Below, piece after piece: positions 7,392-15,887 of a DNA stretch of 36,789 bases. The stretch covers positions 1 through 36,789 of the IMG/VR virus record IMGVR_UViG_3300020045_000708; one strand, given 5' to 3'. Each line of letters starts with the position of its first letter. The first letter of the stretch is position 1. Position numbers and translations under genes: made by a program. The notes under the pieces were generated by a model. That model saw nothing but the letters and a program-made list of their open reading frames with translations, searched no databases and was not told the origin of the DNA. Origin of the DNA: a virus. Its lineage: Duplodnaviria; Caudoviricetes.

Positions 7392-7967
7392 ATGAAACAA
7401 ATCGCAACAGCATTAGTAAAAGCTCAGAAGGAATTCGGGCCAGCACTCAAGACCAATACAAACCCACATTTCAAGAGCAAGTATGCCGACCTGTCAGCTT
7501 GCGTGGAAGCGGTGATTGATGCCTTGAATAACAACGGCATTGCATTGATTCAGCAAACCCATGACGATGCCACTGGCGTTACTGTGGAAACTATGTTTTT
7601 GCATGAATCTGGTGAATCACTGTCAAGCGGCAAACTTCACGTACCTGCAAGCAAGCAAGACCCGCAGGGGTACGGTTCAGCACTCACATACGCCCGCCGC
7701 TATTCATTGATGGCTGCTTGCGGTATTGCGCCCGAGGATGACGACGGTAATGCTGCTTCGCGTGGACGACAAGCGCCAGCACAGGAGTCGCTAGATATGT
7801 CTCCAAAAGCCCGTGCAGCACGCATTACAGATGGCGTCAATGCTGGTGATGCTGCTGGCGCTGCGATTGCATTGGCTGGGTTTTCCGAGAAAGAACTGGC
7901 CGCTGTATGGGTGCTGATTGACACTACTACACAAGAAAAACTCACTTCCGCATGGCCGAAGGATTGA
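7392..7967 (+). CDS. erf: ERF-family ssDNA-annealing recombinase
   Basis: 'NPHFKSKYADL', 'LHESGE', 'PQGYGSALTYARRYSL...EDDDGN'. Confidence 0.93.
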   Translation: MKQIATALVKAQKEFGPALKTNTNPHFKSKYADLSACVEAVIDALNNNGIALIQQTHDDATGVTVETMFLHESGESLSSGKLHVPASKQDPQGYGSALTYARRYSLMAACGIAPEDDDGNAASRGRQAPAQESLDMSPKARAARITDGVNAGDAAGAAIALAGFSEKELAAVWVLIDTTTQEKLTSAWPKD

Positions 7968-7969
7968 AG

Positions 7970-8215
7970 ATGAAAATCATTATTGTATTTATGGCTTCGG
8001 TTTTTCTTTCTGCTTGCGATTTAGGAGAGGTTAGCAGACCAGACAACTGCTTGCGAGCCGATCTTTTTAAGCAATGTCTCGCGGCTGTTCCAAAAGGACC
8101 AGAGCGCATCGGCAACAGCAATGATTGGGATGAGGTTGTAGGAGCTTGTGAGAATGCTGCATATCACCAATCCCTGCGGAAACTTTCTTCTATCAAAAAA
8201 GAGTGCCAACCATGA
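7970..8215 (+). CDS. Predicted lipoprotein
   Basis: MKIIIVFMASVFLSA-C lipobox; four further Cys. Confidence 0.7.
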   Translation: MKIIIVFMASVFLSACDLGEVSRPDNCLRADLFKQCLAAVPKGPERIGNSNDWDEVVGACENAAYHQSLRKLSSIKKECQP

Positions 8216-8721
8216 CCGCACTTTACAAACTGACAAATGCATACCTAGAGCTAGCCGAAAGGCTAGCGGATGGTGACTTTGACGCGCAGACGATTGCCGA
8301 TACTATCGAAGCGTCTGGAATCAGTGACGAACTTGCTGTAAAGGCTCAGGGAATCGAATTCGTCGCCCGTGGTGCAGAGTCACACAATCTGGCGATTGAT
8401 GCGGAGATTGCCCGTTTACAGGCTCTAAAGGAACATCGAAACAAAGTAGCCGCTGGGCTTCGGGCTTACTTGCTGGACAACATGCAACGCGCAGACATTG
8501 ATAAGATTGAATGCCCGTTGTTCAGCATCAGCATTCGTAAGAATCCGCCATCCGTGGAGATCATCGATCAGCTTAGTCTGCCATCTAAATTCATGGTAAC
8601 TCCAGAGCCCAAGCCACCAGTTGCAGCGCCAGATAAAAAGGCCATTGCAGCGGCGTTAAAGGCTGGAGAGAATGTTCCAGGTGCGCGGATGATTCAAGGT
8701 GTTCGACTGAATATCACTTAA
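8212..8721 (+). CDS. Siphovirus Gp157-family protein
   Basis: 'LYKLT...AIDAEIARL...SIRKNPPSVEI...PDKKAIAAALKAGENVPGA'. Confidence 0.88.
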   Translation: MTALYKLTNAYLELAERLADGDFDAQTIADTIEASGISDELAVKAQGIEFVARGAESHNLAIDAEIARLQALKEHRNKVAAGLRAYLLDNMQRADIDKIECPLFSISIRKNPPSVEIIDQLSLPSKFMVTPEPKPPVAAPDKKAIAAALKAGENVPGARMIQGVRLNIT

Positions 8722-8753
8722 CACCAGCAGCAGCGCGGCATTCGTAATAGATG

Positions 8754-9311
8754 CTACTTACCAGTGCCGCGACTGACAAACCAGTAACCTAATGCAGCAG
8801 ATGCCTGACCAGTAATCCAGGCAAATGCTTGCATTCCCATGTCGTACTGCTGTTCTGTTGACAGGGTGGGCCACACTTCTACGAGCTTGCCGATCAGAAG
8901 CCAATTCAAGTAGATCGCTGCACCCGTCAGGATAACTGTCAGTGCTGGCCTAATCCACGTTTGCATTGCCTTGCCAAAGACCAGCAATACTTTCCACCTT
9001 CCGGCTTGTTTCAGCGTTTCCGGGTCCAGCTTGTCAGATTCAAAACTCTGTCCTATAGCGGTAAACCGTGCGACTTCTGCCGTTGCGTCGCCTTCGACAA
9101 TGGCAACCTCCTTGCGACCCTGCGCCTCTACTTTGGCATATTCAAGGTCTTTGTCTTTGGTTGCGAGTTCATGCGCCCACCGGCTTACATCGTGTTCGTT
9201 ATCGATGCGTTTTGCGTCAAGGTCTGTTTTCTTGTTTAGGAAAGCAAAAACACCACCAAGCAAAGAGCCAAAGGCGCTAGACCCGAGAATTGATAGGATC
9301 GCTGTAATCAT
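8754..9311 (-). CDS. Putative holin (GTA 3-TM-holin-like)
   Basis: Hydrophobic N-terminus, 'WIRPALT' TM segment, C-terminal 'GYWFVSR'; next to the endolysin. Confidence 0.65.
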   Translation of the reverse strand: MITAILSILGSSAFGSLLGGVFAFLNKKTDLDAKRIDNEHDVSRWAHELATKDKDLEYAKVEAQGRKEVAIVEGDATAEVARFTAIGQSFESDKLDPETLKQAGRWKVLLVFGKAMQTWIRPALTVILTGAAIYLNWLLIGKLVEVWPTLSTEQQYDMGMQAFAWITGQASAALGYWFVSRGTGK

Positions 9312-9733
9312 GTTATCTCCAGTGTGAAAGGCTCTCCGTTGGCCCATTGCATAAGCATATTCAGTGCTGGCCTGCTAACAATCCCGGCCCGCTGCATCTT
9401 GCCTTTGTTGTTTGCCATCCTGCCGAGTTTCATAGCAGGCGCTATGCATCCGTGCAGTTCTGTTGTGTATCCAAGGTCCGAATTGCCCGCAAAGTTAGCC
9501 GGATGGATCAGGACGTTTGATCTTCCTTGCACATTTTGGACACCATAGACGCGGCCAAACTTAGGGCTGTTGACTATGGCGCATGTATAGGAGCCTTTGG
9601 GTATACAGCTTTTCTGAGGCAAGTTGTCACGCCAGGGTAGTTCAACAGTGAACACCATCTTTCCATCGAAAGACAGGAAGCCAAATGTCCCTTGGTCTGT
9701 ACTTTCTCCACGATTCAACACAGCTTTTTTCAC
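9308..9733 (-). CDS. DUF5675-like putative endolysin (L,D-transpeptidase-like fold)
   Basis: 'TFG...TVELPWRDN...SCIPKGSY...VLIHPAN...GCIAP'. Confidence 0.8.
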   Translation of the reverse strand: MKKAVLNRGESTDQGTFGFLSFDGKMVFTVELPWRDNLPQKSCIPKGSYTCAIVNSPKFGRVYGVQNVQGRSNVLIHPANFAGNSDLGYTTELHGCIAPAMKLGRMANNKGKMQRAGIVSRPALNMLMQWANGEPFTLEIT

Positions 9734-10008
9734 TTCTTGCCTTTCAGCATACGTATGTCAGACTCTGCGTTTTCCATGCGGAATTGCATTAGCTGGAGAA
9801 TTCCATTAGCGGTATAGGACTTGCTGTTGCCTTCCTGTAGCTCTTTCTTCAGGTCGCGCACTTCTTCAACCAGCCGATCTACCTTAAACCAAACCGTGGC
9901 AGTGAAAGAGGCAATGACAATGATCCCACTAACCACCGCTGGAAGTGGCATTCTCCATTCGATAATGTGCTGCGGTCTGCTTGTCGGGATTATGTCTTTG
10001 CCTGCCAT
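9730..10008 (-). CDS. Single-TM coiled-coil protein of the lysis cassette
   Basis: One TM helix followed by a coiled coil; precedes the endolysin. Confidence 0.6.
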   Translation of the reverse strand: MAGKDIIPTSRPQHIIEWRMPLPAVVSGIIVIASFTATVWFKVDRLVEEVRDLKKELQEGNSKSYTANGILQLMQFRMENAESDIRMLKGKK

Positions 10009-10014
10009 CTTTGC

Positions 10015-10299
10015 CTACTTTGGGTATTTTGCTTTCACTTCCAGACACGCATTGGCGTATGCCTGCATCTGCACGACATCCCCCTTTACCCATCCGTCAA
10101 TGTAGTCTGTGATAGGTGGATAGGCGGATGCTCGGAGTTCTGCATATGACAAATCAGGCTTGTTTTTCTCGGTTATTTCAAAGGCTTCTGCATCACTAAT
10201 CTTTACGCATCCGGCAGGCAGCATGTGCGCAAACTCCGGTTCAATATTGTGAAGCGAGTAGCCGGATGGCTTAGATTTGTCTGGTGTTTTGTAGTTCAT
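10015..10299 (-). CDS. Putative tail fibre chaperone/assembly protein
   Basis: Follows the tail fibre; 'YAELRASAYP...VKAKYPK' motif. Confidence 0.6.
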   Translation of the reverse strand: MNYKTPDKSKPSGYSLHNIEPEFAHMLPAGCVKISDAEAFEITEKNKPDLSYAELRASAYPPITDYIDGWVKGDVVQMQAYANACLEVKAKYPK

Positions 10300-10308
10300 G
10301 GTTTTTCC

Positions 10309-11889
10309 TTAGCGCAGTTCACGCACATAATCAACAGTTCCGTTTCCAGAAACAAGAGTTAATGAATATGATGCCCCTGGTGGAATTTCAACGCCCTCAA
10401 ACCAGATGTAGTTAAGCGAAGCGCCACCATTGTCAGCTATCAATAAACCATTGATATATACACCGACAACCATTGCGGAGACATTCGCACACCGGCCAGA
10501 TAGGGCAATAACTTTCCCTGTGGTGTTGTAGTAGGTAGTACCCATAGTTCGGGTGACTGTTTGCCAAGTTTGGCTGTATCCAAGGCTAGACATTGAAGTA
10601 AGAGCCTGCCCACCGCTACCCTGAATCGTGCTTGGAGCAGTGGCCCAAGTCCCCGCCGTTGCTTGTGTTGACTCGATATAACCAATCACGCGATAAGCAA
10701 GACTCGAACGCGCTGTTGTTGAATACATAACGGTAGCGCTGTCTGCCGCACCAGCACCACCCTCTGCCGTTGTGCTAATCAATCCGGTCTCATCCAGATT
10801 CACGCCGCCTGAAATGTTCCCTGCTGCTAGTTCAATGGTTCCGGCATTGTTCATTGCTATAACGACAATGCGGCTTTGTTGTGCACTTACAGTTCCAAGA
10901 GTTGAACCGCTGGAAATAACAAGGCTTGCAGGCGTGCCACTGACCGTAGTTACGGTGCCGCTACCGAGCGTGGTAGACCGGAAAGTTAACGATAGAGCAG
11001 ATGCCGAGATTGTCAGTGCATTGGCCGCTACAGATGCAGATATTGGCTGAATCTGAGCTGCGCCAGTACCAGACAATGCAGTACCGTCTGCCCTTGTGTA
11101 TTGGGTGCATCGAACGACACCGGACGCCTCACCACGGAATACGGCTACGTCATTTGCGGCTGTGTTAATACTGGCACCGGTAGGCAGTAGCAGACTAGCA
11201 CCATAGGTCAAAGTAACTATTCCATCAAAAACGACTGTTCTTTCCTCGCCTTGACCTAGGGTGATAGCGGTAACCGTGGTTGTGCCAGTGATGTGTACGT
11301 AATCACCTGTTGCCGTATCAAGGTTTACAGTACCGGCCGAAGCAATGGCCGCGCCTTGGGAATACGGCCGCTGCTCATTGATGACAAATTGAGTGCCGTC
11401 ATAGGTGACAGAGTAGACTTGCGCGGAAATCAAATCCTTAGCTGTCAAGGCAACCAATCCGCCAGATGACCGCTTTTTAACGTCTTTTGCTCCCAAGCCT
11501 GCAATGTTGATAGTCACAGCGGTTGTATTGCTTGCGGCTGCTATGAACGCGAACGTCTGCCCTGCGGCATATGCAGAAGGTGTAAAAGTTCCAGATGCCG
11601 TAATCGTGTCGCCACCGGCGACAGTGGATAGATACTGAGCCGTCCCGTTCACCGCTTGGTTTGCGCTCAGATACTGAGTCAGGGCCAGCGCATCGCCGAC
11701 ACCAGTGTGACGGAAACCGCCCATGACAAGGTTTGCTGTTGGCGTGGTTTGACCATCCTTCGCAATTGACCCCGTAAGTGCAGTTGCAATGTCTGAAAGT
11801 GTGTTATTTGCCCATGTGCTGCTGATTGTTGTGTTCGAAACAACAGGGTTGCCAGAAGGCAAAGTGTATGTACCTGATCCATTTCTCAT
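10309..11889 (-). CDS. Tail fibre/spike protein
   Basis: 526 aa, T/A/G/S-rich; N-terminal 'RNGSGTYTLP...DGQTTPTANL' anchor; C-terminal 'QTWQTVTR...YYNTTGK' tip domain. Confidence 0.85.
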   Translation of the reverse strand: MRNGSGTYTLPSGNPVVSNTTISSTWANNTLSDIATALTGSIAKDGQTTPTANLVMGGFRHTGVGDALALTQYLSANQAVNGTAQYLSTVAGGDTITASGTFTPSAYAAGQTFAFIAAASNTTAVTINIAGLGAKDVKKRSSGGLVALTAKDLISAQVYSVTYDGTQFVINEQRPYSQGAAIASAGTVNLDTATGDYVHITGTTTVTAITLGQGEERTVVFDGIVTLTYGASLLLPTGASINTAANDVAVFRGEASGVVRCTQYTRADGTALSGTGAAQIQPISASVAANALTISASALSLTFRSTTLGSGTVTTVSGTPASLVISSGSTLGTVSAQQSRIVVIAMNNAGTIELAAGNISGGVNLDETGLISTTAEGGAGAADSATVMYSTTARSSLAYRVIGYIESTQATAGTWATAPSTIQGSGGQALTSMSSLGYSQTWQTVTRTMGTTYYNTTGKVIALSGRCANVSAMVVGVYINGLLIADNGGASLNYIWFEGVEIPPGASYSLTLVSGNGTVDYVRELR

Positions 11890-11899
11890 GTTTTTCTCC

Positions 11900-12265
11900 T
11901 TATTTCAAAAATGTCAGCTTGTAAAGTGTGGATAAATACAACGCCACAATTTCATCGATGATGTTGTTTAGCGCTGTATCTTCATCCGGAACAAAGTCTC
12001 TAATGTCTTCAATAATCACTAAATGGCGCTTAAGAATCGGCAAAATCTCGCCTTTTTGGCTTGGCAAGTCAGGCAGTTCGCCTATCTTTTGCAGGTTGCG
12101 ACCCATCCATGCCTCGGTAAAAGAGTCCGCGAGGTCAATTAATTCGTCATAGAATGAACCAAGGGCAACATGCTCTGAATACGTCGATGCATTCAAGTGC
12201 GCTTTATGGGCTGCATCACGACTTAGAAAAAGAAGCGCGACAAATGTTTTAGCATCGGATTTCAT
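11900..12265 (-). CDS. Ferritin/Dps-like four-helix protein (DUF5856-like)
   Basis: 'AHKAHL...YSEHVALGSFYDEL...DSFTEAWMG...NIIDEI...TLYKLTFLK'; likely start 12265. Confidence 0.75.
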   Translation of the reverse strand: MKSDAKTFVALLFLSRDAAHKAHLNASTYSEHVALGSFYDELIDLADSFTEAWMGRNLQKIGELPDLPSQKGEILPILKRHLVIIEDIRDFVPDEDTALNNIIDEIVALYLSTLYKLTFLK

Positions 12266-12355
12266 ATGGACTTTACTGATTACATGCTTTGGAAACTTGG
12301 CATTTTTGTGGCTCTGGCGTTCATCTATGGCTTTATTACTGCGCGGCGGCGATAG
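12266..12355 (+). CDS. 29-aa antisense membrane peptide
   Basis: Manual translation MDFTDYMLWKLGIFVALAFIYGFITARRR; one TM segment and a basic tail; fills the gap between two minus-strand genes. Confidence 0.55.
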   Translation: MDFTDYMLWKLGIFVALAFIYGFITARRR

Positions 12356-14024
12356 GCGCACCACGTAGCAAAAGCTGTTGCAATTCAGGGTTTGAGAGTA
12401 GCTGCGCGATCTGAGCAGATTTTGACATTTGCGGTGCGGCTGGCATCAATGCCCTCTGAGCGCCTTCGCGGAACATCAAAGACCTGGCAACAGGTGGAGC
12501 AACAAACGGCAGAGCGCCAGCAGCTAGGCCGATAGGACCAGCAGAAGCCATGCCGCCGCCACCCATAAGTAGGGATGCCATAGACTTAAGATTGTGCGCT
12601 GCTGGACTTCCTACCTGCTGAGATGACTTAGCAATGGTAGGGAAAGCGCTTGCAAACTTGCCAGCAACATCTAGACCGTCAGACAGTGGTAGCCCTTTTT
12701 CTGACATGCGTCCCAATACTCGGGCGTCAATCGTCCCGCTTGCATCGTTGATTGCGCGACCTACTGTGTAGGTTTTTGCGATCTGTTTCCGTGCATCACG
12801 CAATGCAGGGATAAGAGATTCTTTACCCGCATTTTTTGCATGAGACTCTAGTTGCAATTCAAGGACTTGACTCAGGTCGCGGGCATCTTTTGCCTTTGCT
12901 AGGTCGTCAGGACGTGCCGAACGGTTGTAAGCCTGAAACCATCCATTAGCCTCATTGCGGGCCTTCTTTAGCGCCTCTAAATCCATCTCAGCCTGTGGCG
13001 AAAGATCGGATACTTGCGCGTACGCTTTGCCTGCTGTCTTGCGCAGGTTTTCAAGTGTAGACTGCGAGATTGGAGCGTCTTGCGGAATGCCCAATGCCTC
13101 ACGAACAAGCTTTCCAGTGACTTTCTCGTTTTCAGCAGATGCGATTTGCTGCGTTGCCTGCTTACCGGAAACTGACTCGATAACCTGATTTTTGAAAGAA
13201 GGATCGACCATATTTGGCGGGATGATGTATCCAGCCTTCAAGGATTCTTCAATGGTCAGGTTCTTAGGCGCATTGCGGGAGAATTCGGCTGTTTTTTCTG
13301 CCAGTTGCTTGGTAGCTCGATTACCAAAGGCTTGGCCTAGTTTTCCAGCAATAGCAACAGCAGGAGGCAAAGCACCACCGATTGCAGCGCCTAAAGCCGC
13401 GTCTTGTGGATTTACCATGCCAGCAGAAGCAGCGCCCGTCGCAGCACCTCCAGCCATGCGGGTCGCCATACCTCCAAGCCCTGTAGCTCCGTTTGCACTC
13501 ATTCCGCTAGTGCGCAAGGCCTCGATTAGTGCGGGCATCTTTGCGGCAGCACCTGGGATTGCGGATACGCCTTTAGCAAGTAGTCCACCAGCCCCGGCAG
13601 TACCTGCAATTTCAGCGCCTAGTTTTCCTGCCCCATATCCAAGAGAGTCAGTTTCAGCGCCCATCATGGCTAATGCAGCATCCATAGCTGCTCTCCGCTC
13701 TTCGTTCCTCGAAGGCAACTCTTTACCTGTTATCAAGGATGATAGATTTTTTCCTCTGTCACCCTTGATATAGTCTGTTGCGTAATCAATAGGAGAAAGC
13801 AGAGTCGCGCCAATAGACCCAGCACCACGCAAGGCGCCAGCCGCAACGTTTCCAACGCCCTGCAAAATATCTTGCCCTAGGGACGTTGTGGGTCGTTCGC
13901 TAGCCTTTGGAGCTTGCCCCATTGAAGCTGCAATCATGGATTGCGCTTGTTCTGGCGAGGTTCCTTCTGGGACTTCAAAGCGCCCAATTCGGCCATCCGG
14001 CATTTGAAAGCGTGCTATTGGCAT
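12336..14024 (-). CDS. DNA ejection/internal virion protein
   Basis: 562 aa, A/G-rich with hydrophobic stretches; last gene of the ejection block. Confidence 0.75.
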   Translation of the reverse strand: MPIARFQMPDGRIGRFEVPEGTSPEQAQSMIAASMGQAPKASERPTTSLGQDILQGVGNVAAGALRGAGSIGATLLSPIDYATDYIKGDRGKNLSSLITGKELPSRNEERRAAMDAALAMMGAETDSLGYGAGKLGAEIAGTAGAGGLLAKGVSAIPGAAAKMPALIEALRTSGMSANGATGLGGMATRMAGGAATGAASAGMVNPQDAALGAAIGGALPPAVAIAGKLGQAFGNRATKQLAEKTAEFSRNAPKNLTIEESLKAGYIIPPNMVDPSFKNQVIESVSGKQATQQIASAENEKVTGKLVREALGIPQDAPISQSTLENLRKTAGKAYAQVSDLSPQAEMDLEALKKARNEANGWFQAYNRSARPDDLAKAKDARDLSQVLELQLESHAKNAGKESLIPALRDARKQIAKTYTVGRAINDASGTIDARVLGRMSEKGLPLSDGLDVAGKFASAFPTIAKSSQQVGSPAAHNLKSMASLLMGGGGMASAGPIGLAAGALPFVAPPVARSLMFREGAQRALMPAAPQMSKSAQIAQLLSNPELQQLLLRGAPIAAAQ

Positions 14025-15223
14025 TATTCAAATCCTAAGAATTTAGGGCTACCGGCTGGAGCTTCAAAGCTTCCTTCCGGCTGTACACCCGCATACCTGT
14101 TTTGCATCTCTTTAATGGTCCTAAGAGCGGCTTTTTTGGTTTCTTGCGGTACGGAAGGATCGCCAATTTGACCAGCCATCTGGCGATAAAGCAAAACGTC
14201 TTTGTCGGATTGCGGACCGGACATTTTTGGCATCTTAGCTACCAAATCACCTTCCAGTGCCTTCAATTGAGCAGCAGCCTGTGCGCCTTGCGTTGACTTG
14301 CCAAAGAAAGCAGCCGTAGAGTCAACAGCACTACCGATGCCGCTTCCTGTGGCTTTGCCGATCAGCTTTTCAGCCATGCTAATGGTCGCCAAAGCATCTT
14401 GAGCATCTTTTGCACGTGCTCCAGCAGAAGCCGCCGCCGTCCCTGCTGCGGGTTTACCAGCCACAGGCCTGTTATCAGGACCAAGGATAGGAACAGCCTT
14501 TCCGCCAACCAACTGCATAGGTCCGGTTTCCGTCTGAATGATCTGGGCTTGCTGGGGTTGACGCATAGACGCAACCAGTCTGGCATTGTCTTTGCTTGCC
14601 TGAATCTGCATCTCTCGCAAATCTTTCTGGGCTTGCAGTCGCTCTTGTTGGCTGCGCCGACCATCTTCCATGCGAAGTTTTAACTCTTCCATTTTCCCAA
14701 GTCGGTTAGCCTCTGACTCTTGTTGACGGAATGCGCGATCCTCTTCGCGTGCGGCCTTTTGTGCGGCCATGGCTGGCATCTGTGCAATCCCCTGCATCCC
14801 GAATTGCTGCAACTCAGGGCTTTGCGCATTGGCTGCAAAATTGTAGGCTCCAGCCATATCAGGGCCTTGCGCAGGGCGCACGGGGCCTTGTTCATCGGGT
14901 GCAAGTTGATCTGCTGGGCGACCTTGCAAAAGCTGGGTCAGTTGCCCCATTTCTTCCGCACGTTTGCCGCGCAAAGTTTCTGCGAGTTTTTGTTGGGCTT
15001 GATCGCTTTCTTGCAAGCCTTTTTGGCCTAGATAGCTCTGGAGCCCCTTCGCCAGTTGTTGCGTCCAGCTAGGCGTCACCAAATGCCCGCTAACCATCTG
15101 GCTTGATAGTGGCTGCTGGCTTTGATCCAGAAGCTGCTGCGCCATTTGCTGGCGGCGCATGATCTGTATTGCCTCTGGGTTAGATTGATCCATAACCCCG
15201 GGATTAATGAATTGACTAGCCAT
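14024..15223 (-). CDS. DNA ejection/internal virion protein
   Basis: 399 aa, Q/A-rich coiled coil; 'PKMSGPQSDKDV' motif. Confidence 0.75.
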   Translation of the reverse strand: MASQFINPGVMDQSNPEAIQIMRRQQMAQQLLDQSQQPLSSQMVSGHLVTPSWTQQLAKGLQSYLGQKGLQESDQAQQKLAETLRGKRAEEMGQLTQLLQGRPADQLAPDEQGPVRPAQGPDMAGAYNFAANAQSPELQQFGMQGIAQMPAMAAQKAAREEDRAFRQQESEANRLGKMEELKLRMEDGRRSQQERLQAQKDLREMQIQASKDNARLVASMRQPQQAQIIQTETGPMQLVGGKAVPILGPDNRPVAGKPAAGTAAASAGARAKDAQDALATISMAEKLIGKATGSGIGSAVDSTAAFFGKSTQGAQAAAQLKALEGDLVAKMPKMSGPQSDKDVLLYRQMAGQIGDPSVPQETKKAALRTIKEMQNRYAGVQPEGSFEAPAGSPKFLGFE

Positions 15224-15887
15224 AATCGTTATATTCCGGTGGTTTAGACGCCTGTAAATTTTGGGCTAACAGCATTTTGTTTTGGTCGTCTTTTTGCTTT
15301 TGAATCCATGCGTTAGTGTCAAACTGTGGCTTTTGCGGCTGTTGTTGCCCCATACCGAATAGGCCACCCATCATTCCACCGCCTTGACCACCCTTGCCGC
15401 CCCCCATTTGCATACCAGTTTTGATTAATTGAGGCCACATGCTGCCACCTGTGCCAGTATTTGCCGCATTGAATGCGGAATTGCTACTAGCAGGGCTCAT
15501 GAACATAGAGCCAGCAGGGGCGGCACTACCACCAGCAGCACCACCAGATGCACTACCGCCAGCTGCTGCACTGCCGCCGCTGCCTCCAGACAATGCCGCA
15601 CCGCCATATATCATCCCGATTAGCGCTGCTATGTCTCCAATGCCTCGCGCGGTACCGCTTTTGTCAGCACCTAGCCTGTTAGCTCTGTCTCCTTCTAACT
15701 CACTGAAATTGGCTGGCCTGCCTTTTTCTATGCTTGTTTCGATAGGGCCATGCTTTAAAGCATCATTCACAGCGAAAAGGGTATCGCCTTTTTGCGTTCC
15801 CATTGCCTTCATTAGGTTGTCATTGGTGAAAGTCAATCCACCGGACATAACCGAACCAGGGGAGAACATGTCTGAGAAGAATCCCAT
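15216..15887 (-). CDS. Gly-rich internal virion protein
   Basis: 223 aa, G/M/A-rich, within the ejection block. Confidence 0.65.
   Translation of the reverse strand: MGFFSDMFSPGSVMSGGLTFTNDNLMKAMGTQKGDTLFAVNDALKHGPIETSIEKGRPANFSELEGDRANRLGADKSGTARGIGDIAALIGMIYGGAALSGGSGGSAAAGGSASGGAAGGSAAPAGSMFMSPASSNSAFNAANTGTGGSMWPQLIKTGMQMGGGKGGQGGGMMGGLFGMGQQQPQKPQFDTNAWIQKQKDDQNKMLLAQNLQASKPPEYNDYG

Noticed and set aside
7328-7519. 63-aa ORF upstream of and overlapping erf
   Set aside because: Mostly overlaps erf out of frame and has no clear RBS; it cannot be supported, although it may be a gene remnant.
10309-11889. Diversity-generating retroelement or invertible tail-fibre system
   Set aside because: No reverse transcriptase, invertase or duplicated tip sequence was seen in the window.
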